This document shows, one piece after another, positions 19,125 to 28,320 of a stretch of 64,000 nt of DNA. Numbering within the stretch: position 1 is the first letter of the stretch; every line of letters begins with the position of its first letter. Location: the NCBI GenBank assembly GCA_963711085.1, contig CAVQCT010000002.1, forward strand, positions 1,746,005 to 1,810,004, in the 5' to 3' direction. The translations under genes were made by a program, and so were the position numbers. Below the pieces are notes generated by a model that saw only the letters and a program-made list of their open reading frames with translations, was not told where the DNA came from and did no database searches. This DNA comes from an uncultured candidate division Zixibacteria bacterium. Its GTDB lineage: Bacteria > Zixibacteria > MSB-5A5 > GN15 > FEB-12.

Positions 19125-21509
19125 CTATTTATCCCTAATTTGAGCGTTCAACTTATTCTTTAAGTAATCTATCACAATAGCTTGTTTTTCATCGACTTGC
19201 TCGCTAGAAAGATTCCCTTCCAACGACCGATAGGTAATCGCGATCGCAATCGATTTCTTGCCTTCTTCGATCGGCTTTCCTTTGTACAGATCAAAGATCT
19301 CTACTGATTCAGCCAGCGACCCGGCAGCCTGTTTAATCTGGTTCACGATCTCCCCCGCCTTCACCCCTTCATCGACAACGATCGCAAGATCGCGCGGAGC
19401 GGCCGGGTAGATCGGCAGCGGCTGGTATCGGGGCTTTCTTCCACTCAGGGTAATCAGGAGGTCGAGGTCCAGTTCGGCGATATGAACCTCCTGCTTGATG
19501 TCGAATTTGCGCGCCACCTCCGGCGTTACTTTGCCAACTCTGCCTACGTGAACATCTCCGGCCATCACAGCGAAAGCAATTTGATTATCGAAGTAGCTCA
19601 TGTTTTCCGGCTTGTAGGTAAGCTCCCCCCAGCCAAAATGCTCGGCCAGACGTGTTAGCGGACCGGCGATATCGTAGAAGTCGAAAGGCCTCGGTCGATC
19701 GCGCCAGGTGTGAGCAGTTTGTCCGGTCACTCCCACGGACAGACGGAGATTCTCTTTCCACTCCCCTTTGGCATCGGGAGGAAAGTACGCCTTGCCGATT
19801 TCGAACAGGCAAAGATCAAGGTTCCTATGCGCAATATTATGGCTGATCACGGTTAGCATCGTCTGGATCAGCGTATTACGCATGATATCCAGGTCTTCGG
19901 AAACCGGATTGACGATACCCAATCTCGGCAGTTCCGGGTTGAGCAGTCTGGCAAGTCGGCTGTCGGCGAGACCGTGACTGATCATTTCGTCGAATCCGGA
20001 ACCGATCAAAAGTCCCCGGATCTCCGCGCGAAACTTGTCGAGATAATGTATGGGGGTATAGAGGCGGCCGATATTTTCGATCGAGTCCGCAACTGCGGAG
20101 TATCCTTCGATCCTGCCTACTTCTTCGATCAGATCGATTTCTCTTTCAATATCCGGTCGGAAAGTCGGTACTTTAACTGTCAGTATCGAACCCGTTTTGA
20201 CGTCGAACTCCAGATGCTTCAGGATCTCGACCATCCGATCGACCGACAGGTTCAATCCGAGGATCGCATTGCAGCGCTCGGGGCGAAGCTTGATTTCCAA
20301 CGGTTCGATTTTTTTCGGATAGCAGTCAACGATTCCCGCCAGGACCTGACCTCCGCAGATTTCGTACAACAGCGAAGCGGCCCGGTTAATAGCGAATTCG
20401 ACTCCGTTGGGGTCGGCTCCCTTCTCGAAGCGGACCGAAGACTCGGTGACCAGACCGAGGAGTTTACGGCTCTTGCGAGTCATCGATGAATTGAAGTAGG
20501 CAGCTTCGAGCAGAATATTTCTGGTCTCTTCTTCCACCTCGGAATCCAGACCGCCCATCACGCCGCCGGCGGCGACGCCTTCCTTGCCATTGGTGATCAG
20601 CAATACATCGGGCGTGAGCTCGTGTTTCACGCCGTCGAGCGTCGTGAAGTTCTCTTTCGGTCTGGCCCGACGCACGACAACTTCGTTCGATCCGAAGCGA
20701 TCGAGATCGAAAGCATGAAGCGGGTGCCCTGTTTCCAGCATGACGAGATTGGTGATGTCCACTACATTGGAAATTGGCCGGATACCGGCCGTAAGGAGTT
20801 TCTTCTTAATCCACCAGGGGGAAGGTCCGATCTTGACATTTTCAATGACCCGGGCAGCGTACCTCGGGCAGGCGTCCGGATCTTCGATCGACACCTTCAC
20901 TTTCTCAGACGCTTTTCCGGCAACCTCTTTTACTTCCACTTTCGGCTTCTTGACCGTGCCGCGTGAAAGTGCCGCCAGGTCACGGGCTATGCCGATTGCG
21001 CACATTGAGTCGGGCCGGTTTGGCGTTAACTCAAACGTCATGACATAATCGTCGAGATCGAGCGCTCTGGCTATCGGCTCACCCGGCTCGAGGTCTTCGG
21101 GCAATACCATAATTCCGGCGTGATCTTCGGAAATTCCCAGCTCCCGTTCGGAGCAGATCATCGCGCGTGATTCGATTCCGCGGATTTTCGCTTTCTTGAT
21201 GACAATGTCCCCGGCCAGCTTCGCACCTTCGAGCGCAACCGGGACTTTCTGCCCGACCGCGACGTTGGGGGCGCCACAAACGACCTCGAGCTTCTCACTG
21301 CCAAGGTCAACGGTCGCGAGACGAATCTTGCTCGCCCCTTCGATCGGCTTAAGGTCCAGGACAAGGCCTACAACTACATTGTTGAGGTAGGTCGAAGTCG
21401 AATCGATGTACTCACAGGCGGTGCCGCACAAAGTCAGGCGGTCAGCCATTTCCTGAGCCGGCCAGCCCAATCCGCTAAGCTCTTTGAGCCAGTTGTACGA
21501 AATCTTCAT
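19125..21509 (-). CDS. pheT: Phenylalanine-tRNA ligase beta subunit
   Basis: 794 aa. MKISYNWLKE start, tRNA-binding, B3/4, B5 and FDX-ACB regions recognisable. Confidence 0.95.
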   Translation of the reverse strand: MKISYNWLKELSGLGWPAQEMADRLTLCGTACEYIDSTSTYLNNVVVGLVLDLKPIEGASKIRLATVDLGSEKLEVVCGAPNVAVGQKVPVALEGAKLAGDIVIKKAKIRGIESRAMICSERELGISEDHAGIMVLPEDLEPGEPIARALDLDDYVMTFELTPNRPDSMCAIGIARDLAALSRGTVKKPKVEVKEVAGKASEKVKVSIEDPDACPRYAARVIENVKIGPSPWWIKKKLLTAGIRPISNVVDITNLVMLETGHPLHAFDLDRFGSNEVVVRRARPKENFTTLDGVKHELTPDVLLITNGKEGVAAGGVMGGLDSEVEEETRNILLEAAYFNSSMTRKSRKLLGLVTESSVRFEKGADPNGVEFAINRAASLLYEICGGQVLAGIVDCYPKKIEPLEIKLRPERCNAILGLNLSVDRMVEILKHLEFDVKTGSILTVKVPTFRPDIEREIDLIEEVGRIEGYSAVADSIENIGRLYTPIHYLDKFRAEIRGLLIGSGFDEMISHGLADSRLARLLNPELPRLGIVNPVSEDLDIMRNTLIQTMLTVISHNIAHRNLDLCLFEIGKAYFPPDAKGEWKENLRLSVGVTGQTAHTWRDRPRPFDFYDIAGPLTRLAEHFGWGELTYKPENMSYFDNQIAFAVMAGDVHVGRVGKVTPEVARKFDIKQEVHIAELDLDLLITLSGRKPRYQPLPIYPAAPRDLAIVVDEGVKAGEIVNQIKQAAGSLAESVEIFDLYKGKPIEEGKKSIAIAITYRSLEGNLSSEQVDEKQAIVIDYLKNKLNAQIRDK

Positions 21510-21512
21510 AGC

Positions 21513-22526
21513 TTATCTGAACTGCCTGAGAAATCTAATGTCGTTATTGAAGAACAGGCGGATGTCGTTGATGCCGTATTTCTGCATTGCCGGCCGTTCG
21601 ACTCCCATACCGAATGCATAGCCGGTGTACTTCTCGGAATCGATCCCTGCCTTTTCCAGCACGTTTGGATCGATCATCCCGCAGCCGAGTATTTCCAGCC
21701 AGCCAGAATATTTGCACACCTGACAACCTTCGCCGCGACAGAGGAAGCAGGAGATATCGACTTCGGCCGAGGGTTCCGTGAAGGGGAAGTAGGACGGGCG
21801 GAAACGAATTTTGAGCCCTTCGCCAAAGAAGGCATGGGCGAACGCCACGATCGCACCCTTGAGATCCGCCATCGACACCCCTTCGTCAACGAGGAATCCA
21901 TCGACCTGATGGAATGCTACATGCGAGCGGGTCGAGATCGCTTCGTTCCGGTAGCACAATCCCGGCGTGATAATCTTGATCGGCGGCTTGTGACTCTCCA
22001 GGAATCTTGCCTGCACCGGAGTCGTGTGCGTGCGTAGGAGCCTTCCGTGCTCAACGAACATCGTGTCCTGCATATCCCGGGCGGGGTGATCGGGAGGGAA
22101 ATTGAGCGCCTCGAAATTATAGTAGTCGGTTTCGACGTCCGGTCCGCGGGCGATTTCGAACCCCATGCCGTGGAAGATGGTGCAGATTTCGTCGATGACT
22201 TGATAGACTACGTGGGGTACGCCGACCGATGAACCGGTTCCGGGCAGTGTGGGATCGAAAGAAGAATCGCCGGAGCCGCTATCGTGAGATGCTATGACTG
22301 AATTGATCAGTTGATCGAGTTCGACCCGCACGGCATTGGCGGCCGCACCGGTCTTTTTCTTCTCGTCGTCGGGGAGATCTTTGAGGCTCTTGAGAATGGA
22401 CGTAAGCTCTCCCTTACGCCCCAGATATTTGACCTGGAGTTCCCGAAGTATATCGAGCGAATCAGCCTTACTGATTCGCTCGGTAGCTTCTTCTTTTAGC
22501 CTGGCAACATCCTCCAGAAGTGACAT
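21513..22526 (-). CDS. pheS: Phenylalanine-tRNA ligase alpha subunit
   Basis: 337 aa. FPPDHPARDMQDT, class II motifs, GMGVERPAM. Confidence 0.95.
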   Translation of the reverse strand: MSLLEDVARLKEEATERISKADSLDILRELQVKYLGRKGELTSILKSLKDLPDDEKKKTGAAANAVRVELDQLINSVIASHDSGSGDSSFDPTLPGTGSSVGVPHVVYQVIDEICTIFHGMGFEIARGPDVETDYYNFEALNFPPDHPARDMQDTMFVEHGRLLRTHTTPVQARFLESHKPPIKIITPGLCYRNEAISTRSHVAFHQVDGFLVDEGVSMADLKGAIVAFAHAFFGEGLKIRFRPSYFPFTEPSAEVDISCFLCRGEGCQVCKYSGWLEILGCGMIDPNVLEKAGIDSEKYTGYAFGMGVERPAMQKYGINDIRLFFNNDIRFLRQFR

Positions 22527-22542
22527 CGGATATCACTCGGAG

Positions 22543-22893
22543 TTAGTTGCTGTTCGCCATATTCACGAGATTGGTGAAAGTCGCGGCATCCCGGGCGGCA
22601 ATATCGGCCAGCACTTTGCGATCGAGATTAACGCCGGCTTTCTTGAGCCCTGCGATAAATGTGGAATAATTTGTGCCATTCATCTGGGCCGCGGCGGAGA
22701 TACGGGCGATCCAGAGGGCACGGAAAATACGTTTCTTGGCGCGACGGTCACGATAGGCGTACTTGAGCCCTTTATGGACCGTCTCGAGCGCGGTGCGATA
22801 GAGTCGTCCGCGTCCGTTGAAGCCGCCTTTGGCCCGGTCGAGGACCTTCTTATGCCGCCGGTGAGCGGCGACGTTATTTTTTGCGCGTGGCAT
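22543..22893 (-). CDS. rplT: 50S ribosomal protein L20
   Basis: 116 aa. [18 protein letters not shown]. Confidence 0.95.
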   Translation of the reverse strand: MPRAKNNVAAHRRHKKVLDRAKGGFNGRGRLYRTALETVHKGLKYAYRDRRAKKRIFRALWIARISAAAQMNGTNYSTFIAGLKKAGVNLDRKVLADIAARDAATFTNLVNMANSN

Positions 22894-22926
22894 ATCTCAT
22901 TGTCTCCTTCGTAATAATCGACCGAC

Positions 22927-23121
22927 CTAATACGGCAGCATGTGGTTAACGCGGTTGGTGTCGGCACTTGAAATCATCGTTGCTTTCCGCAGATTTCTTT
23001 TGCGCTTCTGGGTCTTTTTCGTCAGAATGTGCGTCTTGAACGCCTTCATTCGTTTGACCTTGCCGGAACCGGTTTTCTTGAACCGTTTGGCGGCACCTCT
23101 CTGGGTCTTGATCTTTGGCAT
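22927..23121 (-). CDS. rpmI: 50S ribosomal protein L35
   Basis: 64 aa. [21 protein letters not shown]. Confidence 0.95.
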   Translation of the reverse strand: MPKIKTQRGAAKRFKKTGSGKVKRMKAFKTHILTKKTQKRKRNLRKATMISSADTNRVNHMLPY

Positions 23122-23141
23122 CGCTCTTATATCCTCAACTA

Positions 23142-23798
23142 TTATGAATTGCCTTCTTCGGGCTGTGTGGCCGGCTCGGGACTTTCGTCAGGTCCGACCT
23201 CGTTTTCCTGTTTTTCCGGCATCTCGTGGTCCGAGTGCTCTTTCTCTACCTTCTTCGTTCCCTTGCTCTTGAGGACCTTAAGTACGTCCTGGTTGGGGGC
23301 AAGCACCATGATCATGTTGCGCCCTTCCTGTTTCGGCGGGAACTCTATAATGGCGACATCGGCTAATTCCTGGGCTACTCGTTCCAGCACCTTCTGTCCG
23401 AATTCGGTATGGGCCATCTCACGTCCGCGAAACATAACAAACGTCTTCACTTTACTTCCCGACTCGATAAACTCTCTCACGTGCCGGGTCTTGAAACTGA
23501 AATCGTGTTCGTCGATCTTCGGACGATAGCGCATCTCCTTCATCTGGAAGGCGTGCTGTTTCTTCTTTGCCAACTTGTCTTTCTTGGCTAGCTCGTATTT
23601 CAGTTTGCCGTAATCAAGGATACGGCAGACCGGCGGGCGGCTGGTCGGTGAGACCTCCACGAGATCGAGACCTTGTTCGCGCGCTCGTGCTAACGCTTCT
23701 TCCGTCGGAATGATCCCCAGCTGATCGCCTTCGGGGCCAATGAGCCTCACCGGCGAGATCCTGATCTGGTGATTAATCCGTAAGTCTTTGCTGGCTAT
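23142..23798 (-). CDS. infC: Translation initiation factor IF-3, probable ATA start, acidic C-terminal extension
   Basis: [23 protein letters not shown]. The track start (TTG 23834) would overlap thrS. GAGGAGGA SD at 23803..23810 sits 4 nt before an in-frame ATA at 23798. Confidence 0.85.
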   Translation of the reverse strand: MASKDLRINHQIRISPVRLIGPEGDQLGIIPTEEALARAREQGLDLVEVSPTSRPPVCRILDYGKLKYELAKKDKLAKKKQHAFQMKEMRYRPKIDEHDFSFKTRHVREFIESGSKVKTFVMFRGREMAHTEFGQKVLERVAQELADVAIIEFPPKQEGRNMIMVLAPNQDVLKVLKSKGTKKVEKEHSDHEMPEKQENEVGPDESPEPATQPEEGNS

Positions 23799-23817
23799 AT
23801 AATCCTCCTCAACAAGT

Positions 23818-25749
23818 TTACGAGTTGGCCCCAAGGCCCCGTGAAGCGATTTCTTTCTCCAACATGACTATCGCCTCTTCGGTTCCTTCGGCACCCAGGT
23901 CTCCAGTACCGTGCTTGCGTACCGACACTTTGCCGGCTTCCGCTTCCTTGGCGCCGACAATAAACATGTACGGCACCTTGAACAGCTCGGCGTCACGAAT
24001 CTTGGCTCCGATCTTTTCCGACCGGTCATCGAGCACGACGCGCAAGCCGCGTTTCTTCATTTTATCGACGACAGACGCCGCGTACTCGTTAAAGCTGTCG
24101 GTGATAGGCAGTACTTTGACTTGAACCGGAGCCAGCCAGAGCGGGAAATTCCCCGCGTAATGTTCTATCAACACGCCAAAAAATCGTTCGATCGAACCCA
24201 GGAGGGCCCGATGGATCATGAACGGGCGCTTCTGCTGCCCATCCGAGTCAATATAATACAGGTCGAATCGTTCGGGCAAGTTAAAATCGAATTGGATGGT
24301 CGAACACTGCCAGGCCCGCCCAAGCGCGTCCTTGATCTTGATATCTATCTTCGGGCCATAGAAGGCACCGCCGCCGGCATCGATCGAGTACGGCAGCCCG
24401 GCCCGGACCAGCGTCTGGCGCAGCCCTTCTTCCGCCCGTTCCCAATCAGGAACCGCGCCGACTGAGTCTTCGGGACGGGTCGACAAAAATATCTCATACT
24501 CGGTGAACCCAAACGACTTCAGGATATGGATACAAAAATCGAGAATCCAGAACAGCTCTTCTTCCATTTTCTCCTGGGCGACAAAATGGTGGGCATCGTC
24601 CTGGGTAAACCCTCGTACCCGCATCAAACCGTGCAGCACGCCCGGTCGTTCGTACCGATAGACGGTTCCGAGTTCGGCCCAGCGAAGGGGCAGATCGCGG
24701 TATGACCAGAGGCGGGATTTATACATATTTATGTGGAACGGGCAGTTCATCGGCTTGAGCTGATACAGCCGCTCATCGACATCCATCGGCCCGTACATGT
24801 TCTCTTTATAAAAATCGGTATGGCCACTCTGATTCCAGAGGTCCCTGAGGGCGATATGCGGGGAGTAGACAAGATCGTATCCCCAGTCCAGATGCTCTTT
24901 GCGCCAGAAGTTTTCTATCTCATTGCGAATCCGGGCACCCTTGGGGAGCCAGAGAATCAGCCCGGCGCCGACATTTTCAGAGACACTGAACAGTTCGAGC
25001 TGCTTGCCGATCAGCCGGTGGTCGCGTTTCTTGGCTTCTTCGATTCGAGCCAGATACTCGTCCAGCATCGACTTCTTCGGGAACGAGATTCCGTAAATCC
25101 GCTGCAGCATTTGTTTGTGCTCGTCACCACGCCAATAGGCTCCGGAGGTCGAAGTCAGTTTGATCGCCTTGACGATCCCCGTGCGCGGAATGTGAGGTCC
25201 GCGGCAAAGATCCTCGAAACTCGACTGGTAGTAGAACGTGACGGTATCGTCCTCGATACCCTCAAGCAGTTCGACCTTATAATTGGCATCCTTCGATTTG
25301 AAATAATCGATCGATTCCCGGCGGTTCTTTACTTCGCAGCGAAAGACGGCATCTTCTTTTACGATCTCTTCCATTCGCTTTTCGATCCGTTCGAGATCCT
25401 CGGGCGAGAACGGCTGCTTCACTTCGAAATCGTAGTACCAGCCTTCGTCAATCGGCGGTCCGATCGCCAGCTTGGTTCCGGGAAACAGATCCAGCACGGC
25501 CTGGGCCATAATGTGGGAGCTGGAATGCCAGAATACGGTTCGTCCCTCGGGGTCGTCGAACGTCAGAATCTGAACTGGCGCATCTTTTGGGATGGGTGCG
25601 TTCAGATCCTTAACCTGACCGTCGATCTTAATCGCGATGGCTTCCTTCGCGAGCCGTGGCGAGATCGATTTGGCGACTTCGAAGCCGGTGGTACCGGAGT
25701 CGAATCCCTTGATCGAGCCATCGGGTAATGTCAATCTGACCTGTGCCAT
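23818..25749 (-). CDS. thrS: Threonine-tRNA ligase
   Basis: MAQVRLTLPDGS (TGS domain), HRALLGSIERF. The track's extra 16 codons (QGFVTRFCFFRYKRI) are a terminator hairpin and U-tract read as codons. Confidence 0.95.
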   Translation of the reverse strand: MAQVRLTLPDGSIKGFDSGTTGFEVAKSISPRLAKEAIAIKIDGQVKDLNAPIPKDAPVQILTFDDPEGRTVFWHSSSHIMAQAVLDLFPGTKLAIGPPIDEGWYYDFEVKQPFSPEDLERIEKRMEEIVKEDAVFRCEVKNRRESIDYFKSKDANYKVELLEGIEDDTVTFYYQSSFEDLCRGPHIPRTGIVKAIKLTSTSGAYWRGDEHKQMLQRIYGISFPKKSMLDEYLARIEEAKKRDHRLIGKQLELFSVSENVGAGLILWLPKGARIRNEIENFWRKEHLDWGYDLVYSPHIALRDLWNQSGHTDFYKENMYGPMDVDERLYQLKPMNCPFHINMYKSRLWSYRDLPLRWAELGTVYRYERPGVLHGLMRVRGFTQDDAHHFVAQEKMEEELFWILDFCIHILKSFGFTEYEIFLSTRPEDSVGAVPDWERAEEGLRQTLVRAGLPYSIDAGGGAFYGPKIDIKIKDALGRAWQCSTIQFDFNLPERFDLYYIDSDGQQKRPFMIHRALLGSIERFFGVLIEHYAGNFPLWLAPVQVKVLPITDSFNEYAASVVDKMKKRGLRVVLDDRSEKIGAKIRDAELFKVPYMFIVGAKEAEAGKVSVRKHGTGDLGAEGTEEAIVMLEKEIASRGLGANS

Positions 25750-25764
25750 AATCCTCTTGTACCG

Positions 25765-25800
25765 AAAAAAGCAAAAGCGGGTTACAAAACCTTGCAACCC
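25765..25800 (-). terminator. Rho-independent terminator/attenuator between tRNA-Val and thrS
   Basis: Minus-strand GGGUUGCAA-GGUU-UUGUAACCC followed by GCUUUUGCUUUUUU. Ends about 15 nt before the thrS ATG. Confidence 0.55.
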
Positions 25801-25831
25801 ACCGCCGTTACGGTGAACCTATGAACCTATA

Positions 25832-25908
25832 TGGTGGGCGATACTGGAATCGAACCAGTGACCCCTTGCATGTCAAGCAAGTACTCTAACCATCTGAGCT
25901 AATCGCCC
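25832..25908 (-). tRNA. tRNA-Val (anticodon GAC), CCA encoded
   Basis: GGGCGAT acceptor pairs with ATCGCCC. Anticodon arm CTTGC-TTGACAT-GCAAG. T-arm ACTGG-TTCGATT-CCAGT. 3' ACCA. Confidence 0.9.
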
Positions 25909-25952
25909 GTCACCAACACTTCTAAGCCTAAGTATTCCAAGGCAGTTGTATA

Positions 25953-25980
25953 TTAATACACGAAAGCGACCCAAAGTCAA
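25953..25980 (-). promoter_or_regulatory. Sigma70-like promoter upstream of tRNA-Val
   Basis: Minus strand TTGACT-N16-TATTAA, about 45 nt upstream of the tRNA 5' end. Confidence 0.4.
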
Positions 25981-26082
25981 GGCTTATTTTCGGTCGTTTA
26001 CGGGGTAAAAGAGGTTGCGTTAGAATAAGTTAAAGTGACCGGAGAGGGCTGCCGGAGATGTCCGAATACAACAGGAAACGGC

Positions 26083-26970
26083 CTATTTCAAACCGACCAT
26101 CTGCATGAAGGTCTCGGCCTTGTTGTACTCATCCTTGAGCAGTTCACCGAACGACTCGATCTCGCTTTCCTGAACACCCAGAACTTCGGAAACCATCGGG
26201 TCGAGCGGGCCGACCAGGTATTGATCGATTCGGTCGTAATACGTACGTTTGGCCACATAGTTGGCCAGGTGGACGAGTCCGGCGATCGGTTCTTCCCCCT
26301 GATCGAGGGCCGGTTGGTGATGGAATTCAATGGCCTCCTTGAGGCGATGAGGAATCTTCCACTGCTCGGCGAGGAATCCGCCGATTTGCGCGTGGTGATA
26401 GCCAAATATTTTCTCTTCGATCTGATAATCGAGCGACTCCCGATCCCTTGCCCGCTCAGCGGCAAACTGAGCGTATTCTTCCGGGAGATAACAACAGATA
26501 ATCAACTTACCGACATCGTGAAGCAGCCCGGCCGAGAAAGCGGCATCGGGGTCGATCACCGCTCGGTCACGGAGCTTGCGGGCAAGCAGTCGGCAGCCGA
26601 AGGCGGTCGAAAGAGAGTGGCGCCAGAATTTCTCCTGGTACTCTTCATCTATATTTTTTCCCTTGAACATGTCGAGCACCGAAGCTGACAGGACAAGGTT
26701 CTTGATAGCTTCGAACCCGATAATTACCACCGCCTGGCGGACCGATTCGATTTCACGGGCCAGGCCGTAGAAGGCTGAATTGGTCATCTTGAGAACCTTG
26801 ACGGACATGGCCGGGTCCTCGGCGAGGATCGACGCGACCTGGGCAGCGTTCACATTGGGATCGTTGATCACTTTCTGAATCTGGTGAAAAACGATGGGAG
26901 GGGTAGGCAGATTCCGTATGTTGGAGACGACCCGCTTTACCTTATTGTCGATGGTAGTATCTGTTGTCAT
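26083..26970 (-). CDS. HDOD-domain signalling protein
   Basis: 295 aa. LPTPPIVFHQIQKVINDP, LLHDVGKL, HH...A pattern of HDOD. Start overlaps the flgM stop (ATGA). Confidence 0.85.
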   Translation of the reverse strand: MTTDTTIDNKVKRVVSNIRNLPTPPIVFHQIQKVINDPNVNAAQVASILAEDPAMSVKVLKMTNSAFYGLAREIESVRQAVVIIGFEAIKNLVLSASVLDMFKGKNIDEEYQEKFWRHSLSTAFGCRLLARKLRDRAVIDPDAAFSAGLLHDVGKLIICCYLPEEYAQFAAERARDRESLDYQIEEKIFGYHHAQIGGFLAEQWKIPHRLKEAIEFHHQPALDQGEEPIAGLVHLANYVAKRTYYDRIDQYLVGPLDPMVSEVLGVQESEIESFGELLKDEYNKAETFMQMVGLK

Positions 26971-27299
26971 TGGTCCATTTCGTTCGGTTGTATCGAGCCG
27001 ATCTGCATCATCACCGCGTCGCTGAGGCGGCGGACAATCCGCTGCTGGACTTCGGGAATGTCATAATAACCGGCATCCACCTTTTGTTTTATCTGTTCGA
27101 GCCTATAAGTGGCGGTGTCAGGTCCGAGCGAAACCGGCTCATTCAATCTGGCGTCAGCCCGCTCGGCGAGCTGCTTCCGCCCACCATCTGAAATTTCCAC
27201 ACTGTCCGGTTGTCTCGTCGCGCTATCGCGCACACTCTCTTTTGTTTTGCTGCCGTCGGTCCGTTCCGGTACTGACGGTTTGCAGCCGATTTGCATCAA
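26967..27299 (-). CDS. flgM: Anti-sigma-28 factor FlgM
   Basis: 110 aa. C-terminal LEQIKQKVDAGYYDIPEVQQRIVRRL is typical FlgM. The start is uncertain (TTG or ATG without an SD). Confidence 0.75.
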   Translation of the reverse strand: MMQIGCKPSVPERTDGSKTKESVRDSATRQPDSVEISDGGRKQLAERADARLNEPVSLGPDTATYRLEQIKQKVDAGYYDIPEVQQRIVRRLSDAVMMQIGSIQPNEMDQ

Positions 27300-27383
27300 C
27301 TTTCATGAGCGCACCTTTCTTCCTTCCGATGTAAGGCACAAACGGCGCGGATTACCATCCAATTTCCGCGGCCCGTTGATCTG

Positions 27384-27845
27384 CTAACTCTTGCCGTCGA
27401 CAAACTGCGGCGACGGTTGTTCCGAACGGACGTACTGGAGGATCTTCTCGCTGTGCTTCAATTCACCGAGTTCCTCTTTCAGTCGTTCGTAACGCGAGCT
27501 CAGGTATTCTTCGTTGTCGCTGACCACGCTTATACTTTTCTTCACGAGCGTGATAATGCCGTTGAGGACCTTCCGGACATCCGGTGAGATCGTCGCCAGC
27601 TTGAAGAGCTTCGGATTCTTCTCCCGTAACGCGGTAATCTTTTCTTCTGATTTCTTGATCCGCATATGGCACCGCTCGATCTCAGCGAAGAGGTCCAGAA
27701 GTTTTTCGTCCTTATTGAAGCGGATCAGATCTTTCTGTTTGTCCAGCAGGACATAGAGTGATTGATAGAATGTGTATTCTTCTTTCAGAATGAGGAGCAG
27801 TTCTCTTTCGAGTTGAGAAATTGCGTTCTGGTTCATTGCTTCCAT
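27384..27845 (-). CDS. FlgN/FliT-like flagellar export chaperone (second copy)
   Basis: 153 aa, helical. LLLILKEEYTFYQSLYVLLDKQKDLI resembles the FlgN family. Sits in the position after fliS usually held by fliT. Confidence 0.5.
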   Translation of the reverse strand: MEAMNQNAISQLERELLLILKEEYTFYQSLYVLLDKQKDLIRFNKDEKLLDLFAEIERCHMRIKKSEEKITALREKNPKLFKLATISPDVRKVLNGIITLVKKSISVVSDNEEYLSSRYERLKEELGELKHSEKILQYVRSEQPSPQFVDGKS

Positions 27846-27857
27846 CTATCACCCTCG

Positions 27858-28292
27858 TTACGCGGAGACCGTCAGCTGTTGGGCGGCCGTCGTCGCGGCT
27901 ATATCCGCTTTTCTGGCTTCGGCCGTCTGGCTGTTACGAAGGGTCACCCAGCCGGTCCGAAGATTTTTCAGTATATTGACATTATCGTCAATCAGGCGCA
28001 TTTCTTTGGTCGCTTCGATAATGTGGGTCTGAGAAATTACGAAAGCGTAAAGACGGCTCAAATTGCCGGCGATCTCCCCCCCTCGTTCCATATCAAGCGT
28101 CGTGTACAAATGAGTGAGGAATTTCCGGGTTCGTTCGAGCTGATCCCGCGAGGCACTGAAGTCTTCCTTGCGGATGGCGTCCCCCGCTTTTTCCAGAGCG
28201 CCGATCGCTCCGTCGTATACCTGGATTACCAGATCAAGGGGTGTTTTGCCGAGAATGCTCGATTGCTGATACGCGCCGACTTTTCCATCCAT
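27858..28292 (-). CDS. fliS: Flagellin chaperone FliS
   Basis: 144 aa. TPLDLVIQVYDGAIGALEKA. Confidence 0.9.
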   Translation of the reverse strand: MDGKVGAYQQSSILGKTPLDLVIQVYDGAIGALEKAGDAIRKEDFSASRDQLERTRKFLTHLYTTLDMERGGEIAGNLSRLYAFVISQTHIIEATKEMRLIDDNVNILKNLRTGWVTLRNSQTAEARKADIAATTAAQQLTVSA

Positions 28293-28320
28293 GGTTTGCC
28301 TCTCCGAGTTGCGTGGGTTA

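Noticed and set aside
27304-27306. An SD-proximal ATG (AAAGGTG-N7-ATG) opens MKVDANRLQTV..., a FlgM-like start, but out of frame with the flgM body. This could be a fourth frameshift within the A-runs GCAAAACAAAAG.
   Set aside because: Both alternative N-termini are low-complexity, so I cannot tell them apart by eye. The in-frame TTG/ATG start is possible. Kept as a caveat on the flgM start only.
27347-27361. Possible sigma54 element TGGATG-GTAAT-CCGC upstream of flgM.
   Set aside because: Only the GG/GC dinucleotides match and the flanking positions deviate from TGGCAC/TTGC. Likely a chance match.
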